Part shown: positions 50,454-64,000 of the stretch, one piece after another | Position numbering within the stretch: the stretch's first letter is position 1 | How the letters are laid out: every line of letters begins with the position of its first letter | DNA from: Eledone cirrhosa | Taxonomy: Eukaryota | Reading direction: 5' to 3' | Assembly (NCBI GenBank): GCA_964016885.1 | Contig: OZ024747.1 | Span: forward strand, 87,730,001-87,794,000 | DNA length: 64,000 nt | Made by a program: the position numbers and the translations under genes | Notes under the pieces: model-generated | The model's database searches: none | What the model was told of the DNA's origin: nothing | The model's input: the letters and a program-made list of their open reading frames with translations, nothing else

Positions 50454-53400
50454 CTGGAAATTGAATAGATATTCTTTCAGTTGTTTTATAAACAATCATT
50501 AAGAGGAGCCAGTGGTCTCTAACTTTCACAATCTCTCTGTCTCACTAAAAAAGCAACAACAAGATATTTCTTTGCACTTCTAAGTAGTTCTAGAATCTAA
50601 TCACTTGAAATTTAGAGTGTCTCATTATCAAAACAATTATTGTTCATGACTGCAAGAACTAAAATTAGAATTAGATACAGGCACACCCTCTCTCTACTGA
50701 ATCTCTGTCTATATATATGTGTGTGCATTTTATAGTAAGGTGGTTGGCATTAAGAAGGGCATCCAGCTGTAGAAACCATGTCAAAAAAATGGAACTCGTG
50801 TAAGAGAGATGTGACCCGCCTTCCTCAGATCATCTAAGAAAAGAGTAGCTCTGGTTAACTTGGCATGCAGTGACCTGCCCAACTCATGCCAATGTAGAAA
50901 AATAGCTGTTAAATGATAATGAATGATTATCATCATCATCACTGTTTAATGTCTATTTTTCCCTGCTTACAAGTTGGCCGCACCATACCCTGCTCACATC
51001 AGAACCATAGTTTCGGAAATGGTCCCATTATGAGGGAGGTCTAAACTGTTGGCCACACAAAACCTTACTGATAGTGGAGCCCTAGGTGGCACCAATATGG
51101 GTGATTCACATTAGATTTGCTGAATTTGGAGAGCGAGTACAGTTTGGCTTTGCAGGAGTCATGGGTACAGGTTGGCATTTAGTTTAGAGTATTTGCTGTG
51201 AGTTAGTAAACTGACTGGAGGAATAACAGTCCTATTTACATGTAATTCTATAAGAATACAGCTTAGTTTAGCTTCAGCAAAGCAGAGAGATATGTAGTCT
51301 TGATAACCACTTATAAGTCAGAAACAGTGGCATCATTGATTATTTCCTCTTGTTTTGCTGAAGTTAGGTATGTGACGGCCGGCACAACCTTAAAATTCAT
51401 AGTGAAAGGTCTTCCAAATGTTTTTTTATAAACAACCCATATATTATTAAATATACAATACATACATATATATATATACTCATACATCAACCATTTTCCC
51501 TGCTAATGTTATGTTTATGGTATACAAAACATAACTGTGCTCAATTCACACTTGTAATAGAAGCATGGGGAGACTAAAGTATGTGTGCCATGTATTAAAT
51601 AAACAGGAGTACTGGCCAGGTCGATATAGCCAACCATAAAACTGATTACATAAATCTTTTTGGTATGGATCTGTAAACCTGTTTTTGTGTGTGTGTGTTA
51701 GGCCTCTGTTGGCTCCAACAATTGTTCTAGTTGATGCAATCAATGGAACAGCCAGCTCATGGAATTAATCTGAGATTAGCAGATCATTCCACAGGCAAGT
51801 GTACCCTTAATGTAGTTCTTAGAGTGATTCAGCCGGACATAGTTTGTGAAAAAGGTGACCCTTTGAATTACAAGTATCACTCATTTTTTCCAGTTGAGTA
51901 GACTTGAGCAATGTGAAATAGAGTGTCTTGCTCATGGACACAACCAAGAATTGAACTTGTGATTTTACAGTTGTGAGCTGTACACCCTAACCATTAAACT
52001 AGATGCCTCCACTAAACCTGTTTACTTTAAACACACAGATGTATAGTTATAGTTCATCATCATCATAATGGGTAGTATGAACCAACTCCTGGAGAATCAA
52101 GACATTTGGAGCTGGTTTTGAAGTTATTTGATCTGTCAACTCAAGAAACTGGAGAAGTCAATGTTATAGTTAAAATGCCATTTCTTTTTAGTTCATTTCT
52201 TCATATCACATGGATATAATGCACTAGTGTATTTTAATACTAGAAGTGGTAAAGCATATCAGTTATATATTTAGCTACAACACACTAAGATATTACAAGG
52301 ATTGGGACAAGAGTACTTACATTGCCTTCCAGCATAGTCCCAAGATTGTAAAAAGTAATACATTCCCAGGCAATAATAGATGCATACATACTGGAATAGG
52401 TATGCTTTCTTTAATATTTTCTACACAATAACAGGCTGACTATCTCAAATCACAACTTAATTTTCTTCAAAAAACATTATAGTTTTCCAATAATCATTAA
52501 AAGAAAGTGTTCTTTTCTATAGAAACAATCCTACGCAAACAAAAGATATCCAATGAACTCAAAATGTAAACTAAATAATGTTAAACAATAGTCAGAAGTG
52601 TTACTCTTTCCACTTTGAATCTGGAAAATAACCTAATACATTAGTAAATAGGAAAAGAAGAAAGGATTGAAACAAAGAAACAATATTTCTACTCATATTT
52701 CTATTGCTGAGAGATACAAAATACAAAGTTGAATTCAGCAGGATTTCAACTCAGTGAGCCAAAACAAATACTGAGTCATTTAATCTGATACCCTAACAAT
52801 TCGATGCCACATCAATAGAAAATCAAGTAAAAATATTTAAAAGAAAAACAAAAAACAAAAGCTGAAGTAAATCTTGAAGCTAAATGTTTCTTAGATATTA
52901 AATTAAGATAAAATTATATGGTAAAAGCTTACTTGAAAACTTCAAAGGTTAATGACTGGCTGGCAGGAAAAGTGGGTGATCTAAGACTATTAAGTATCAA
53001 CTTAAATAAATCTTATTTTCTGGATATTCTAAACACAGCAAAGTTTATTAAAGTGACTATGTGATCTTGTAGTCAGATTGGTCAGGTAGTAAATCTCTCT
53101 CCAGACGAAAACTTAGTAATGTGAAATTATTAATTCTAGTTATGTTATCTTCTGACTCCAGTTCTATTTCAAATAAAACAAAACAAAAAATGATTTGATA
53201 GATAGATGCAACTACTATAGGAACATTGGTAAACATATCCTTGTCACATTTCCAAAGCTGTTTCCAGAGAATATCAGTTTTTAAATAAAAATTGTCCTCA
53301 AATCTAGAATGATCATATATACTTTTCTATGCTTGCATGTGTAAAACAAATTCCTTCCAGTACTGCATCTCTCCACTTGTTTCTTTCCTTTGTCATCTCT

Positions 53401-54834
53401 TTGGTGAGGTTTTGTTTCTTGAAATCAGCTTTTACCACCTCTGCCTACATATTTCTTGGTCTTACTCTTTCATGACTTCCATCCACATAAAACACCTGGT
53501 ACTTCTGCAACCAATGATAATCATTCCATATGTATTGCACACACCAGCACAATCTTCTCTTCTGTACACAACATATGATTTCTCTTATAAACATAAATTA
53601 TGTTTAATATTCATTAGAAACACACACACACAGATATACACTTTCTGTCTCTATTAAAAAAAAAGTTTGAGATTTATATAGAATTATCATCATCATCATC
53701 ATATTCTTTTTACATAAGCTTTCCATACTGGCATGGGTTGGAAGGTCATTATGACTCAAGTCAGTTCTTAATCAAAGTTACTGCCATCCTAGAGCAGTTG
53801 GAAGACGATATTTCATTCATAAGTTCCATTTCTAGTATGATTTCTATGGCTGGATATATATATATAATAGAAGAAAGTTGCCCAGTAGTGGGATGAATCC
53901 TAAAAACACATGGCTGCAAAAAGAACATTTTACCAAACATCCATGTCTATGATTGTAAGTTAGATGTCTATGAAATTCCAAAATGAAAATTCAATGTCAA
54001 TGTTAAAGATAATAACTTGTTTTATTGGATTTAGATTTTTATTTCCCTTATGAGGGATTGACTGGTAAATATGTATTTCCATTTCCCAGACAACATTTCA
54101 TACAAATATGCAAAGCAAATGCTGAAGTGAATAAAAATTGAGGGCCCTGTGGGAATCAAACCCACATCTCCATTATGAATACCTCTATTTTCTTCTATAC
54201 CAAATACATTAACAAAGGAAATGTGATTTTATTCAAGTGATGTCCCAAATTCTATTTCTTTTCATATTTGCTTTGTACAAAAGAATGTTTACAAAAATGT
54301 AAATATATATTCTTTTATGATCAGTATAAAAATCAGTTTTTGCAATTCTTCATCTCTCTATGCTTTATAAATCTAAAATTGCTTTAGAGCAAAGCTAGAG
54401 GTAAATATTTTCTTATATAGAACTAACTGATTCTATATAAGCTCACATTGAGCTAGAACCTATGGCAAGTATGAAATGTGAGCAAAACAAACAATTTAGT
54501 AAATGGAATGATTCACTTGAACTTTATATCAATTGATCAGACATTGTATTAAATATAAATTGAATTTATAATCAAAATTGTGATGCTATTAGGAATATAG
54601 TAATCTGTTCCTCTCTCCTCTGTTTTGTAATCTCTTTTTCTTCGCCCACTTATTCCTGGGAGGGACGTGGGATAAGAGTCCTCAAACACTCCTTCCAGTG
54701 GACCCTGTCAGAAGCAACCATCTCCAACTGATCTGGCTGGGTCTCCAAGCAAGACCAGCCAAGTTCATGGATGTTAATCAACCATTTTGCTCAGGGTCAA
54801 CCGCTGAGTCTCCTGTCAGTTAGTTTTGCCCATA

Positions 54835-55050
54835 AAATCTGCTTTTAGCATCTCAGCAGCTTTTTCTGATGGTCCTGCAGCTTTACAATTTTTCATCTCT
54901 TTGATTGCTTCTTTAATCCTATAACCATCAACTTCAATGGCTGGTCTTTCTGTTGGGTCAGTTAAGGGTAGTTTCTCTTCCTCCCATTCATTCTCCACAT
55001 TCATCAGTCTTACATAGTAACATTTCCAGGCTTCTTTCTTTTGAGCATCA
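54835..55050 (-). mobile_element. RTE LINE fragment upstream of the RT
   Basis: LMNVENEWEEE...IKEAIKEMKNCKAAGPSE..AEMLKA. Confidence 0.8.
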
Positions 55051-56204
55051 GTGATGTTAAATACACCGGTGTCATTTCAATACACTTTTCACCAACATCC
55101 TCACAATGACACACTGCCTTGCAATGCAGAACACTTCGTGTCTCTGATCCTCACATCTCAGGATGTTGGCAAACTTGCTTTCTTCAGGCTTTCTCCAAGC
55201 TATCACCTAGCTTCTATCTTAGCCACCTGGTACCGGTCTCTGAATGAAACAGCAGGATGGTCCCAACTTAAATGCTTTTGATTATAGGTTTTCCTGATCA
55301 GAGCTTACCTGGGAGTAATCAAAAACTGAAATGTTTGAACTTCATTTAACTTGTTGGAAAGCCAATCTTTCTCGTGTTAATAAACATTGCTGCTAAGTTA
55401 CATACTAGTCATTTCTTATTTCAACTGCAACAATATTTATGACTATTCACCATTAATACACTCTTCTTGTGGTTATTTTGTTTGCAAGATAATTATGGTA
55501 TTTTGTGAACACAATATAGTTGAATACTTAAGTTCACTTTGCAATCATAAGGTCACAGGGTCAATCCCATTGTGGGCATCTTGAGTAAGTTGTTATCCAT
55601 AGCCTCAGGACACGTCATGATTTATGAGTGAAATTAAGTAGCTGGAAACTGATTGAAAACCTGTTGGATTAACTGTATCTGTAATTAAAAGGGCCAGCCT
55701 TGTCAGACACTGTGTCATGCTGTTTGGGCTTATGAATTAATTTAAAGCTACTTGTATCTATGGAATGCTCAGCTACTTGCATGTCAAGTTCATGAGCAAG
55801 CTGTTGATTGAATAACTGGAACACTCATCATCAAAGTCAACAGAAATCCATTCCATGATATTTTAAAAGAAAGTGCAGATTGACTTTTCCCCACTTCTCT
55901 ACTGACTAGCTTTACCAACTGTTACAGAATGAAACAATAAGTAGCTTGCACATTGCACTGTCTTTAGTATGCAGAGCAGACATTACATGTTTGTTAAATA
56001 GAGACTATATCATTCTTTATGTAAAAAAGTTTACATTAAAGGTGGTGCCCCAGCATGGCCTCAGCCAGATGGCTGGAACAGGTAAAAGAGTAAAAGAGTA
56101 ATTACCTTTTTTTTTTTTTTTTTTTTTTTACAAAGATTACAAAGCATACCATCTGTTGTAAATACCTCATGAGTTATTTTTAGAATGTCTAATGTTAAAT
56201 TTAC

Positions 56205-56234
56205 CTTTCTGGACATCAGCTGGGAAGTGACTCC
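56205..56234 (-). CDS. Candidate 30-nt cassette micro-exon (GSHFPADVQK or GVTSQLMSRK)
   Basis: cactag| acceptor and AAG|gtaaat donor; frame-preserving. Confidence 0.4.
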
Positions 56235-56830
56235 CTAGTGGACAACACATAAGGCTGTTCATATATTAACAATGATAAAACACCGATTTATCACAACATA
56301 AAACTATAATTACCTTCAATAGTGACAATGTTGGACACAGATTCAGGCTTCACGTTGTTTTGTTTTGTGTTGCCAACCAATTACTAGTTGATTAACATTG
56401 TATAGAGAATGTTATTTTGCTGAACTATGCTATTCATTTGTGTAATATTAGTTTCATAATTTTCATCCTTTTTTCTGAGCTTGATTATTACATCATAATC
56501 AATGCTGTATTACTAAAGAGTTACCTTCATCCTCTCTTTCTTGGTTTTATTTTCACATACATTTCTTACTTTCAATCTCTTTTTGTTGAACAAATAGTAA
56601 ACATAAAAACAATTAGATATATATATATAAATGTATGTGTATATATATGTATATATGAGTGCGTGTGTAGATTGATAGCTAGATAGATATAGCAAAGTTG
56701 CACACAAACACACAAAGAACCAAACAGATGAATGAACAAAAGCAGCTATCTTTCTTATCAGCTACCAATTTTGTGCATAAGAGTAGTATTGCATAATATT
56801 GAGTCCAGGTTGCATGGCAGCTTGAACAAG

Positions 56831-56847
56831 TCACCAGAAAGATGCAT
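56831..56847 (-). CDS. Candidate terminal micro-exon (D)ASFW*
   Basis: Strong acceptor ttttcccctgtctctatgttgttgtattgtctcag|. Confidence 0.3.
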
Positions 56848-56978
56848 CTGAGACAATACAACAACATAGAGACAGGGGAAAACAAGGAAGTGTCATTTGA
56901 CTAGGACAACAAAACGAATATGCAAACATATAATAAAAGCCTTATGACTGGAAACAGGACAGGATATGGTGCAGCCAG

Positions 56979-57041
<63 letters not shown>

Positions 57042-57601
57042 AGCTTCTTCTATACAGTTTCCATCTACCAAATTTCAGTCACAAGACATTAGTCAACCTG
57101 AAGCTATAGTAGAAGACACTTGCCCAACATGCCACACAGTGAAATTGAACCCAAAACTATGTGGTTGCAAAATGAATTCCTTAACCACACAGCCATGCCT
57201 GCACTGTATATTTCTTTTCTGTATATTTTTTCTAATCAGATTTCGACATGAATTCAATTACAAAATATACGATGTTTAAACTGATCAAGCTAACTCAATA
57301 GAATGTCATACAAAAGACCTATTCAGAAAGAAAAAGAAGTTTCAATGTAAGAACTAAAAGTTGGGAGATCACAAAGTAGAAAGTTCACCAGTCTTTTGCT
57401 CTTGCATTTTCATGATGCAGACAGACAAGCATGCAAACAGACAGGCAGGTAGGCAGATAGACAGACAAGTAACAGCAACACTAAATGTAAAGAATAGGTG
57501 TTGAGCTGCAATAGTAATAAAAAAAAATCCTGTATCATTATCCTATTTATACACATAGTGCTGTGATTAATAATGTGAAAGAGGTGCAGCCGTTGTCATC
57601 T

Positions 57602-57657
57602 TTAAACACAACACGTGGCAGCGCAATTAGCTAAGTGTTTTTGGTAATGTTTGCAAT
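57602..57657 (-). CDS. Candidate terminal exon (D)CKHYQKHLANCAATCCV*
   Basis: Long T-tract, then two in-frame acceptors 12 nt apart; Cys-rich end. Confidence 0.4.
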
Positions 57658-58816
57658 CTAATGTAATTTCTTTAAAAATAAAAATAAAAATAAAAAAAAT
57701 AATATAAAATAAGAGTAGACAAATTGGTATAAAGCTTTATAGAATGTATAAATGTGTGAGCGAAAAATGTCACCAAACATTAAACGAGCAAACTGAAATG
57801 GTTGTATGTGTAAATGTGTGTGAGAGATAAAGAAAAGAAAAAGTATGCCTATGTATAGGAGTGGAGGGGTAGGACATACCTTCAAAGAAAAATCTTGGAG
57901 AACCAAGAAAGAATATTTTTTCCTTTTTTTTTTGTCTTTTATCTTTATTATTATTATTTTTTTTTTTTTACTTTCTAGATTTTAATCCTTTCCAGATATA
58001 TTGGCTTTTCTCCAGCTCTCTATTTTGCATGATGGCAATAGAAGCCAAGATGAGTCAAACGCAAAGAAACAAAAGCAACTGGTTTATATAGAGCAGCCAG
58101 TACACTTGGAAAAGAAATCATTCTAATTGCCATCATTAAAGAGAAAAAGAAATTAAAAAGAAAAAAATACAACAAAAAGTAAATAAATAAAACAAAAAAG
58201 TGAGCAGAGAAATAAAATAAAATTTTAAAAATATAATAAATAAATGTCACATGAAATAAAACTAACTAAACAATTCTAGGCAGATAGTGATAGTTCAAGC
58301 ACCATAATTCTTACCATCTTTAATGATACTTTCTTTGGAATGGTACTTTGCTATTTTTTTTATTACTACAATACTATTACACCTTTTTATAATTTATTTC
58401 ATACTGTTCTGGTAGATTTCATGACAAAAATAGAAAGAAAAAAGAAGAAAAATGACCAACCCTCCTCTTTCCACTCTATCAAGTGCTTTGTCCCATCGCT
58501 GAAACATATATCTATTTAATTGAATCGCATCTCATTTTATTAACCCTTGTGTTACCATATTTCGAATGAAATACACTGCCTATAATTTTCTAATCATTTT
58601 GAAAACATTAATGAATTTGGAGTGATTTAATAATTTAACTCACTTTCTCATTATTTATTTAATGTCTGGAGCATAACTTGGCATGAAATTGTGATAGAAG
58701 GCTTTTAGATAAATATAAAAATTTTAAAAGAGGTTTGTTGCGTAAAGACCATTTGGTACCCAAATGGTTAAAATCTGGAAAAAGAGTATATGACATCTGT
58801 ACATTATTATATGTAA

Positions 58817-59010
58817 GGGCGGTGGATTGGCAGTATCGGTAGAGGGTCGGACGCCATGCTTTGACGCACAGAGTTACGGCTCTTGCCATTCTGAGTTCAA
58901 ATCCCGCCGAGGTTAACTTTGCCTTTCATCCTTACGGGGGTCGATAAAATAAAGTACCAGTAATGCACTGGGTAATTGCTGGCCTTGTGCCAAAAGTAGA
59001 AACAATTATT
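58817..59010 (+). mobile_element. Full-length young SINE family A with 13-bp TSD
   Basis: ATTATTATATGTA at 58803-58815 and 59005-59017. Confidence 0.9.
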
Positions 59011-59178
59011 ATATGTAGTATACATGTACCTTTGATGAGGTGTATTGCACCTGAGCACTGTACACAATAATTTTCATTATTATTATTTATCATAAACCAA
59101 TTAGTGTCATTAGGTTTATAAATGAATCTTATTTGATGCCAAAATTAAAATCAATTAAAAAAGGGTCATTTTTCTTCA

Positions 59179-59222
59179 TTAGATGACATTATATAGGATG
59201 GAGAAAGTTCTATCTTCTGCAC
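59179..59222 (-). CDS. Candidate terminal exon (G)AEDRTFSILYNVI*
   Basis: Consensus acceptor ccttatttttgcag|GT. Confidence 0.4.
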
Positions 59223-59239
59223 CTGCAAAAATAAGGAGT

Positions 59240-59463
59240 TTAATCCTTTACCATTTACATTACTCTATATATACTATTGTATATCCACAGTAAACACTAT
59301 CTCTCATAACTATCTCACTTAATATCGAATCTGCAGGACTTTGATATTTATTTTGAGAACAATACCATAACATAAATATGAGCGGCCGGTTACAGCCATT
59401 TTGAACAGAAAGGGGTGAGCGAATTGTGGCTGGACATGGCCAGTCTAAATGTTCAAGGGTTAA
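59240..59463. mobile_element. piggyBac-type MITE family A, copy 3
   Basis: TTAA ends, degenerate TIRs, internal similarity to the other copies. Confidence 0.8.
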
Positions 59464-59611
59464 AATAGTATTCTGTTGACTGTAAAACCTTATGAACCTT
59501 TTGTGTGTGAATTCATTACACTTCACTTCCTAAGCTCTTTTCGAAATTTACAACTGCCTTGAGCATTTGAATGCGTTATATACAATAGACAGATAAAGTG
59601 GCATAAGAAAG

Positions 59612-59730
59612 CTATATTAGCTTAGATACACAAATAGATTTAAATCTCCTTTTCTTCTCATCTCTTTTAGTATATTTTATACATACTGAACACCTGCAAA
59701 ATAAAAGTAACTGACACTTTGCAAACAAAC
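59612..59730 (-). CDS. Candidate terminal exon with two acceptors: 59730 gives GLFAKC...SKLI*; 59693 gives GVQYV* (stop at 59677)
   Basis: ctttgatttcag|GT and ttttattttgcag|GT. Confidence 0.4.
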
Positions 59731-61154
59731 CTGAAATCAAAGAGTTAATTTTTTTTTAAATATTCACTTTTAGATATTTTCCTAATGTCTGGTATATGTA
59801 TTGGAAAGTCCAATTCAATCTTTTTAGTCATTCATATTTAATTTTTTCATTACTATATTTCTAATGAAGGCCTCTATGATTTTGAAAATAATCAAGAATC
59901 TGAGGGTATTTAGCAATATAGCTTTCTCATTATTAGTGTTTGGAACATAATTTAACAAAGGAGAACTTTTCCTCAGGTGAGTAGATGAAAAGCTGTCCCA
60001 AGTAGACTATGATTAAACTTAATGATTAACATCGGAGCATGCTTCAAAACCTAAGGTAGCAATCAATTTTTAAGCAGACTTTAATATTTCAGCTCTGTTG
60101 ATAACTCAGAACACTCTTTTTTTCCTTCATCCTGTCTATGGAAACCCTTGATACTATTAAGAATTTTAACTTACTGAATCAGTAAAGATTGAATCCCTAA
60201 ATAACCAAACAGAATTGTAAGAGTACTGGTAAAAATTCTATTTATTCTGACTTCTAATTATCATACAGATAGTGTTTCAACTAATTTAATTTGCCTTTCA
60301 TCCTTACGGGGTCAATAAAATAAAGCACCAGTAATGCACTGGGGTCGATTTAATCGACTTTCCCCCTCCCCCAAGTTGCTGGACTTGTGCCTAAATCAGA
60401 AACCAAAGTTTGGGGTTCTCCCAAGTTGTTTACTTAGATCTATCAACAAACAAGAATTAACAGCCATCCTTCCAATCCAAAGATTCAATACTCAATCACC
60501 ACACTCAAGTTTCACATCAATAAAACTAATACTTTACAGACAAAAAATTGAAAATACTAGAACACATTTGATGAAGTAATAATCATTTACATTATAAAAT
60601 AATGATGATGATGATGATAAAATAGTAGCAATGATGAAAATGGTAGCAATGATGATGGTGATGAATCATTGATTCAATTGGTTTGTTACAACTTGCCACT
60701 TACTATAAGTTCAAAGGTTTCATTTGATGTCATTAGAAATTTCTAAGTCATGTTTTTTCTATTTTTAAAACATTCTCACTTTTTAAATTTCATTTCAAAT
60801 TTAAATGAGATATGAATGAAAACTAACAACAAAATTCTTTCAACTTGCTCTTATAACAAAGGTTTATAAAATGTTTGTTAAGCACATTAACTTGACAACA
60901 TCATTTATGCAACTACTTCCACAGCAAACAAACAATTAGAAAATCAGATTCGGCCTGGATGAATAAGTGACTTCATCTTCAATTGGAAACTTCATTGCTT
61001 TGTGTTGACAAATTCTTTACTCCACAATAACCCTTTTATTTCCAACTTGGTGTCACACAGCTGCACTATCTTAAGTGGATGGAAAACATCTCCATGTGGC
61101 AGCTGTCAGAAAAATGGAGCAGACATTTCTGTTTGTTGGGGATTTTAAAATTAC

Positions 61155-61193
61155 CGAAAATCTTGCATTCCATATTATTCAATGAGAGGCCAT
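61155..61193 (-). CDS. Candidate 39-nt cassette exon (D)GLSLNNMECKIF
   Basis: Pyrimidine tract, aaag| acceptor, G|gtaatt donor; open only as phase 1-1. Confidence 0.3.
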
Positions 61194-62474
61194 CTTTGGG
61201 GTCGGAAATTCAAGAACAAAGAAAGTTTTACTGTTGCGAAATATAGTTATTATCGTAAATGGGATGCAATGACTAATGCACAGCACAGACTGGCATTATT
61301 CTCAATTGTTATGAATAATGGTAACATGTAGAAATGTATGCATGCATGCATGCACTCACACACATACAAACAATAGAAACAGAACAATGGTCAACTATAG
61401 AGAAAGACATGGGATGCAAGGAGAGAGTGAGTGTCAATATATAAACAGAATGATATAACTACTGGATAGGATGCTAAAAAACAGATTTTATTAAAACTGT
61501 CTCATTTTTACCAAAGTGGTAACAGTGAATAAATAGCAGCATAATATGCGTTAAAACTGATTTAGTTGAATATATCCATGTCCAAATGTTGTAAAGGAAA
61601 GCAAGAAGTAGAATAAGGTGCTAACATTCACAGTTAGACTGAGAAATTGATCATAAATTGAATAAAAGAATCTTTCCTAACAGTTAGAGCTTTGCAAGAA
61701 TGAAACAACTAAATGTGCAAATGAAAAGGTAGTGATAAAAATGTATGCTTAATAAAAATGGTCATAGATAATTACTTCAGTGAGAGAAATTAGAAAAGAG
61801 AGTGGGGAAAGTATTTTGTGAAAGAGAGTTGACACAAACAGACAAACAGACAATAAAATGAACACAATCTAATATCTGATCTACAAACATGCTTGCCCCC
61901 AACTTTGATTTTCTACTGCTACTACAGTGACCCCTACTTCTCAGAGCTGCCTGGTCCCATGCCACCTCCACTCAGATACACCCTACTCATATGACTCTGC
62001 TCATCTCATTATCCCTTTCATGTCCAATGCCATAGGCCCCACACTAACCACTTCTCCCAGTCATTCTTCCTGAAAACGTCAACACTCTGGAATTCCATTC
62101 CTGCCCATGTTTTTCCTGCAGCCATTAACAAGCAACTTTCCCAGATAAACATTAATAGTGTTGATCTCACTAGTTTAAGATGGCAGCCCCCTTCCTTGAA
62201 ATGAAACCATAAAAAATGTTAACCACCAAAATGTTCATTGATTATTAATTAGTTTATATCCTGCTTGCTATAGGATACCTTAATTAGCCAATGATATGCA
62301 AGTTGGTAAAACAAAATATAGAGTTTCTCATAATTTATGATGATATTCTGAAGCACACTGATAAAATCAGATTGTAAAGATGTGGGAAGACAAGTGAATA
62401 AATGAAAAGCAATAAAATATGTTTGGTGTGTCAGAATAACCTTATCAGAAATCTTGGTTGCTATTGTTGTTGTT

Positions 62475-62810
62475 GAATAACACTTGCAACTGGCACTCAG
62501 TTGGACAGCAACTTGGCCTCCACATCTTTGAACCTCACAAATGCCGCTGCAGTACCATCGTGGATTCTTTCAATCTCCACCCACTGTCATCCCGTTACAG
62601 TGCTGGCCGTCTCCCACGCCATGTTGCTTCCCTTCCCAGCTTGAGCTAGCAAGGTTAGACTGAGGGAATGGCAAAAGGCCAGACGGCATAACAGTCTTCT
62701 TGTTCCATTGGGGTAGACCCCTCATTTGGGATACCACATGCTGTGATACCTCAAGTACATTTAACTACCAGCCCAGGCTCTGCTGCATGCCAAGCTGAAG
62801 AGGTCAAACT
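62475..62810 (+). mobile_element. C-terminal fragment of a CRE-like LINE (CCHC finger plus restriction-like endonuclease)
   Basis: HKCRCSTIVDSFNLHPLS...GRLPRH; GKRPDGIT; PLIWDTTCCDT. Confidence 0.75.
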
Positions 62811-64000
62811 ATCTCTGAGTATAATGGACATGGTTTGCACAGAACCATGCCCACTTTTCAGACAAAACCAGCAGGCAAAGTCAATGGCCCAACATAGGTT
62901 GGAACAACCAGCAACATCATCTTCAGTTTTTCTACCAGAGTTTCCCCTCTTCTGGTAAACTTTTGGATGGCCTTTGACTCCAACCTTTCACAGGTTTTGT
63001 TTCTTCTCCCGCAGGATGACAAAAAAAACCTCCCTCCCCATCAAGCCAGCTTGGTGGGATCATCAGTTTACTCCCTGATGACCTGACCATGCAACAGGTT
63101 GTACTGGGTTACATGTTACCAGTAGCACATGAGAGTGATTCGACATACATACAACCACATAAACATACTCGCATACACACACACATACATGCAATAACAT
63201 AAACACACATGCAGCAATATAAACAAATATACCCACATATACACATGAACACTTACAAAATATAGAGACTAACTAGAATGAGTAAGGTAGTTTAAAAGCC
63301 AATTCTCTGGTGATAATTATAGTAATTGTCATAATAATTATAACAATATTAATAACAACAATACAAATAATTAAAAATGGTAGACATATTACAATAAATC
63401 TCAATTGTATTCTAAACAAAAACTTTTGATAGGCATTACATTTATCCTTAATTAAATTCATGATAATTGGTTTAAAATGAATAATTATGCTCCTATATCA
63501 AAAACAGTGTGTAACCATCTTTAATTTCTCATCATAGGAATTCTGCTATCTCACATACACACAGATATTCCCACACATACAAAAGCATTCACACATGCTC
63601 ATAAGCATTCACATGTAAATAATGATGCCTTAGGTATGGATTAATTTTTACAAAGGTTCGGCAGTACAAATTACTGGAATACTTCTAGTATTGGTCTGCA
63701 ATCATAAAGCCACATGAACACTAAATGTTATATATCGATCTCTTTTGAGATATATATATATACATCATTTGAAAGAATAGCTAAAATATTGAGTCTAGCA
63801 TTTTCAAATAGGTTTATACAAGCCAGGTAGCTCTTATCACATCTTATTATAAAACAATGTTAATAATACTTAGACTTGGTCATCTGATAGGAATCAAGAT
63901 TTTTTGGCACAAACAGACTGTAGCTAGGAAATAGTATTTAATAACATTTACTATCTCCTCTACTCTGACAACACATTCTTGGCATTCTAGAGACTGTCAG

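Overview
AT-rich, repeat-dense eukaryotic DNA. The (TA)n/(CA)n/(ATC)n microsatellites, tRNA-derived SINEs and PHD-finger RTE LINEs look like a coleoid cephalopod (Octopus-like) genome; this is an inference. No complete cellular gene is recognisable and most ORF-track entries are microsatellite or repeat artefacts. Well supported: several 5'-truncated RTE LINE copies (two near-identical ones in inverted orientation), two SINE families, TTAA-flanked piggyBac-type MITEs, fragments of restriction-like-endonuclease LINEs, a Penelope GIY-YIG fragment and several hammerhead ribozyme (HHR) motifs. Two things stand out. (1) A young non-coding retrozyme/Penelope-like insertion at 19745-20730 has two tandem type I hammerheads exactly 593 nt apart, each with a compensated U3-A8 core. 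(2) About 20 short candidate minus-strand exons, mostly terminal, suggest the window is the 3' alternative-last-exon region of a large unidentified gene whose constant exons lie beyond 64000; this second point is a hypothesis that needs RNA-seq.
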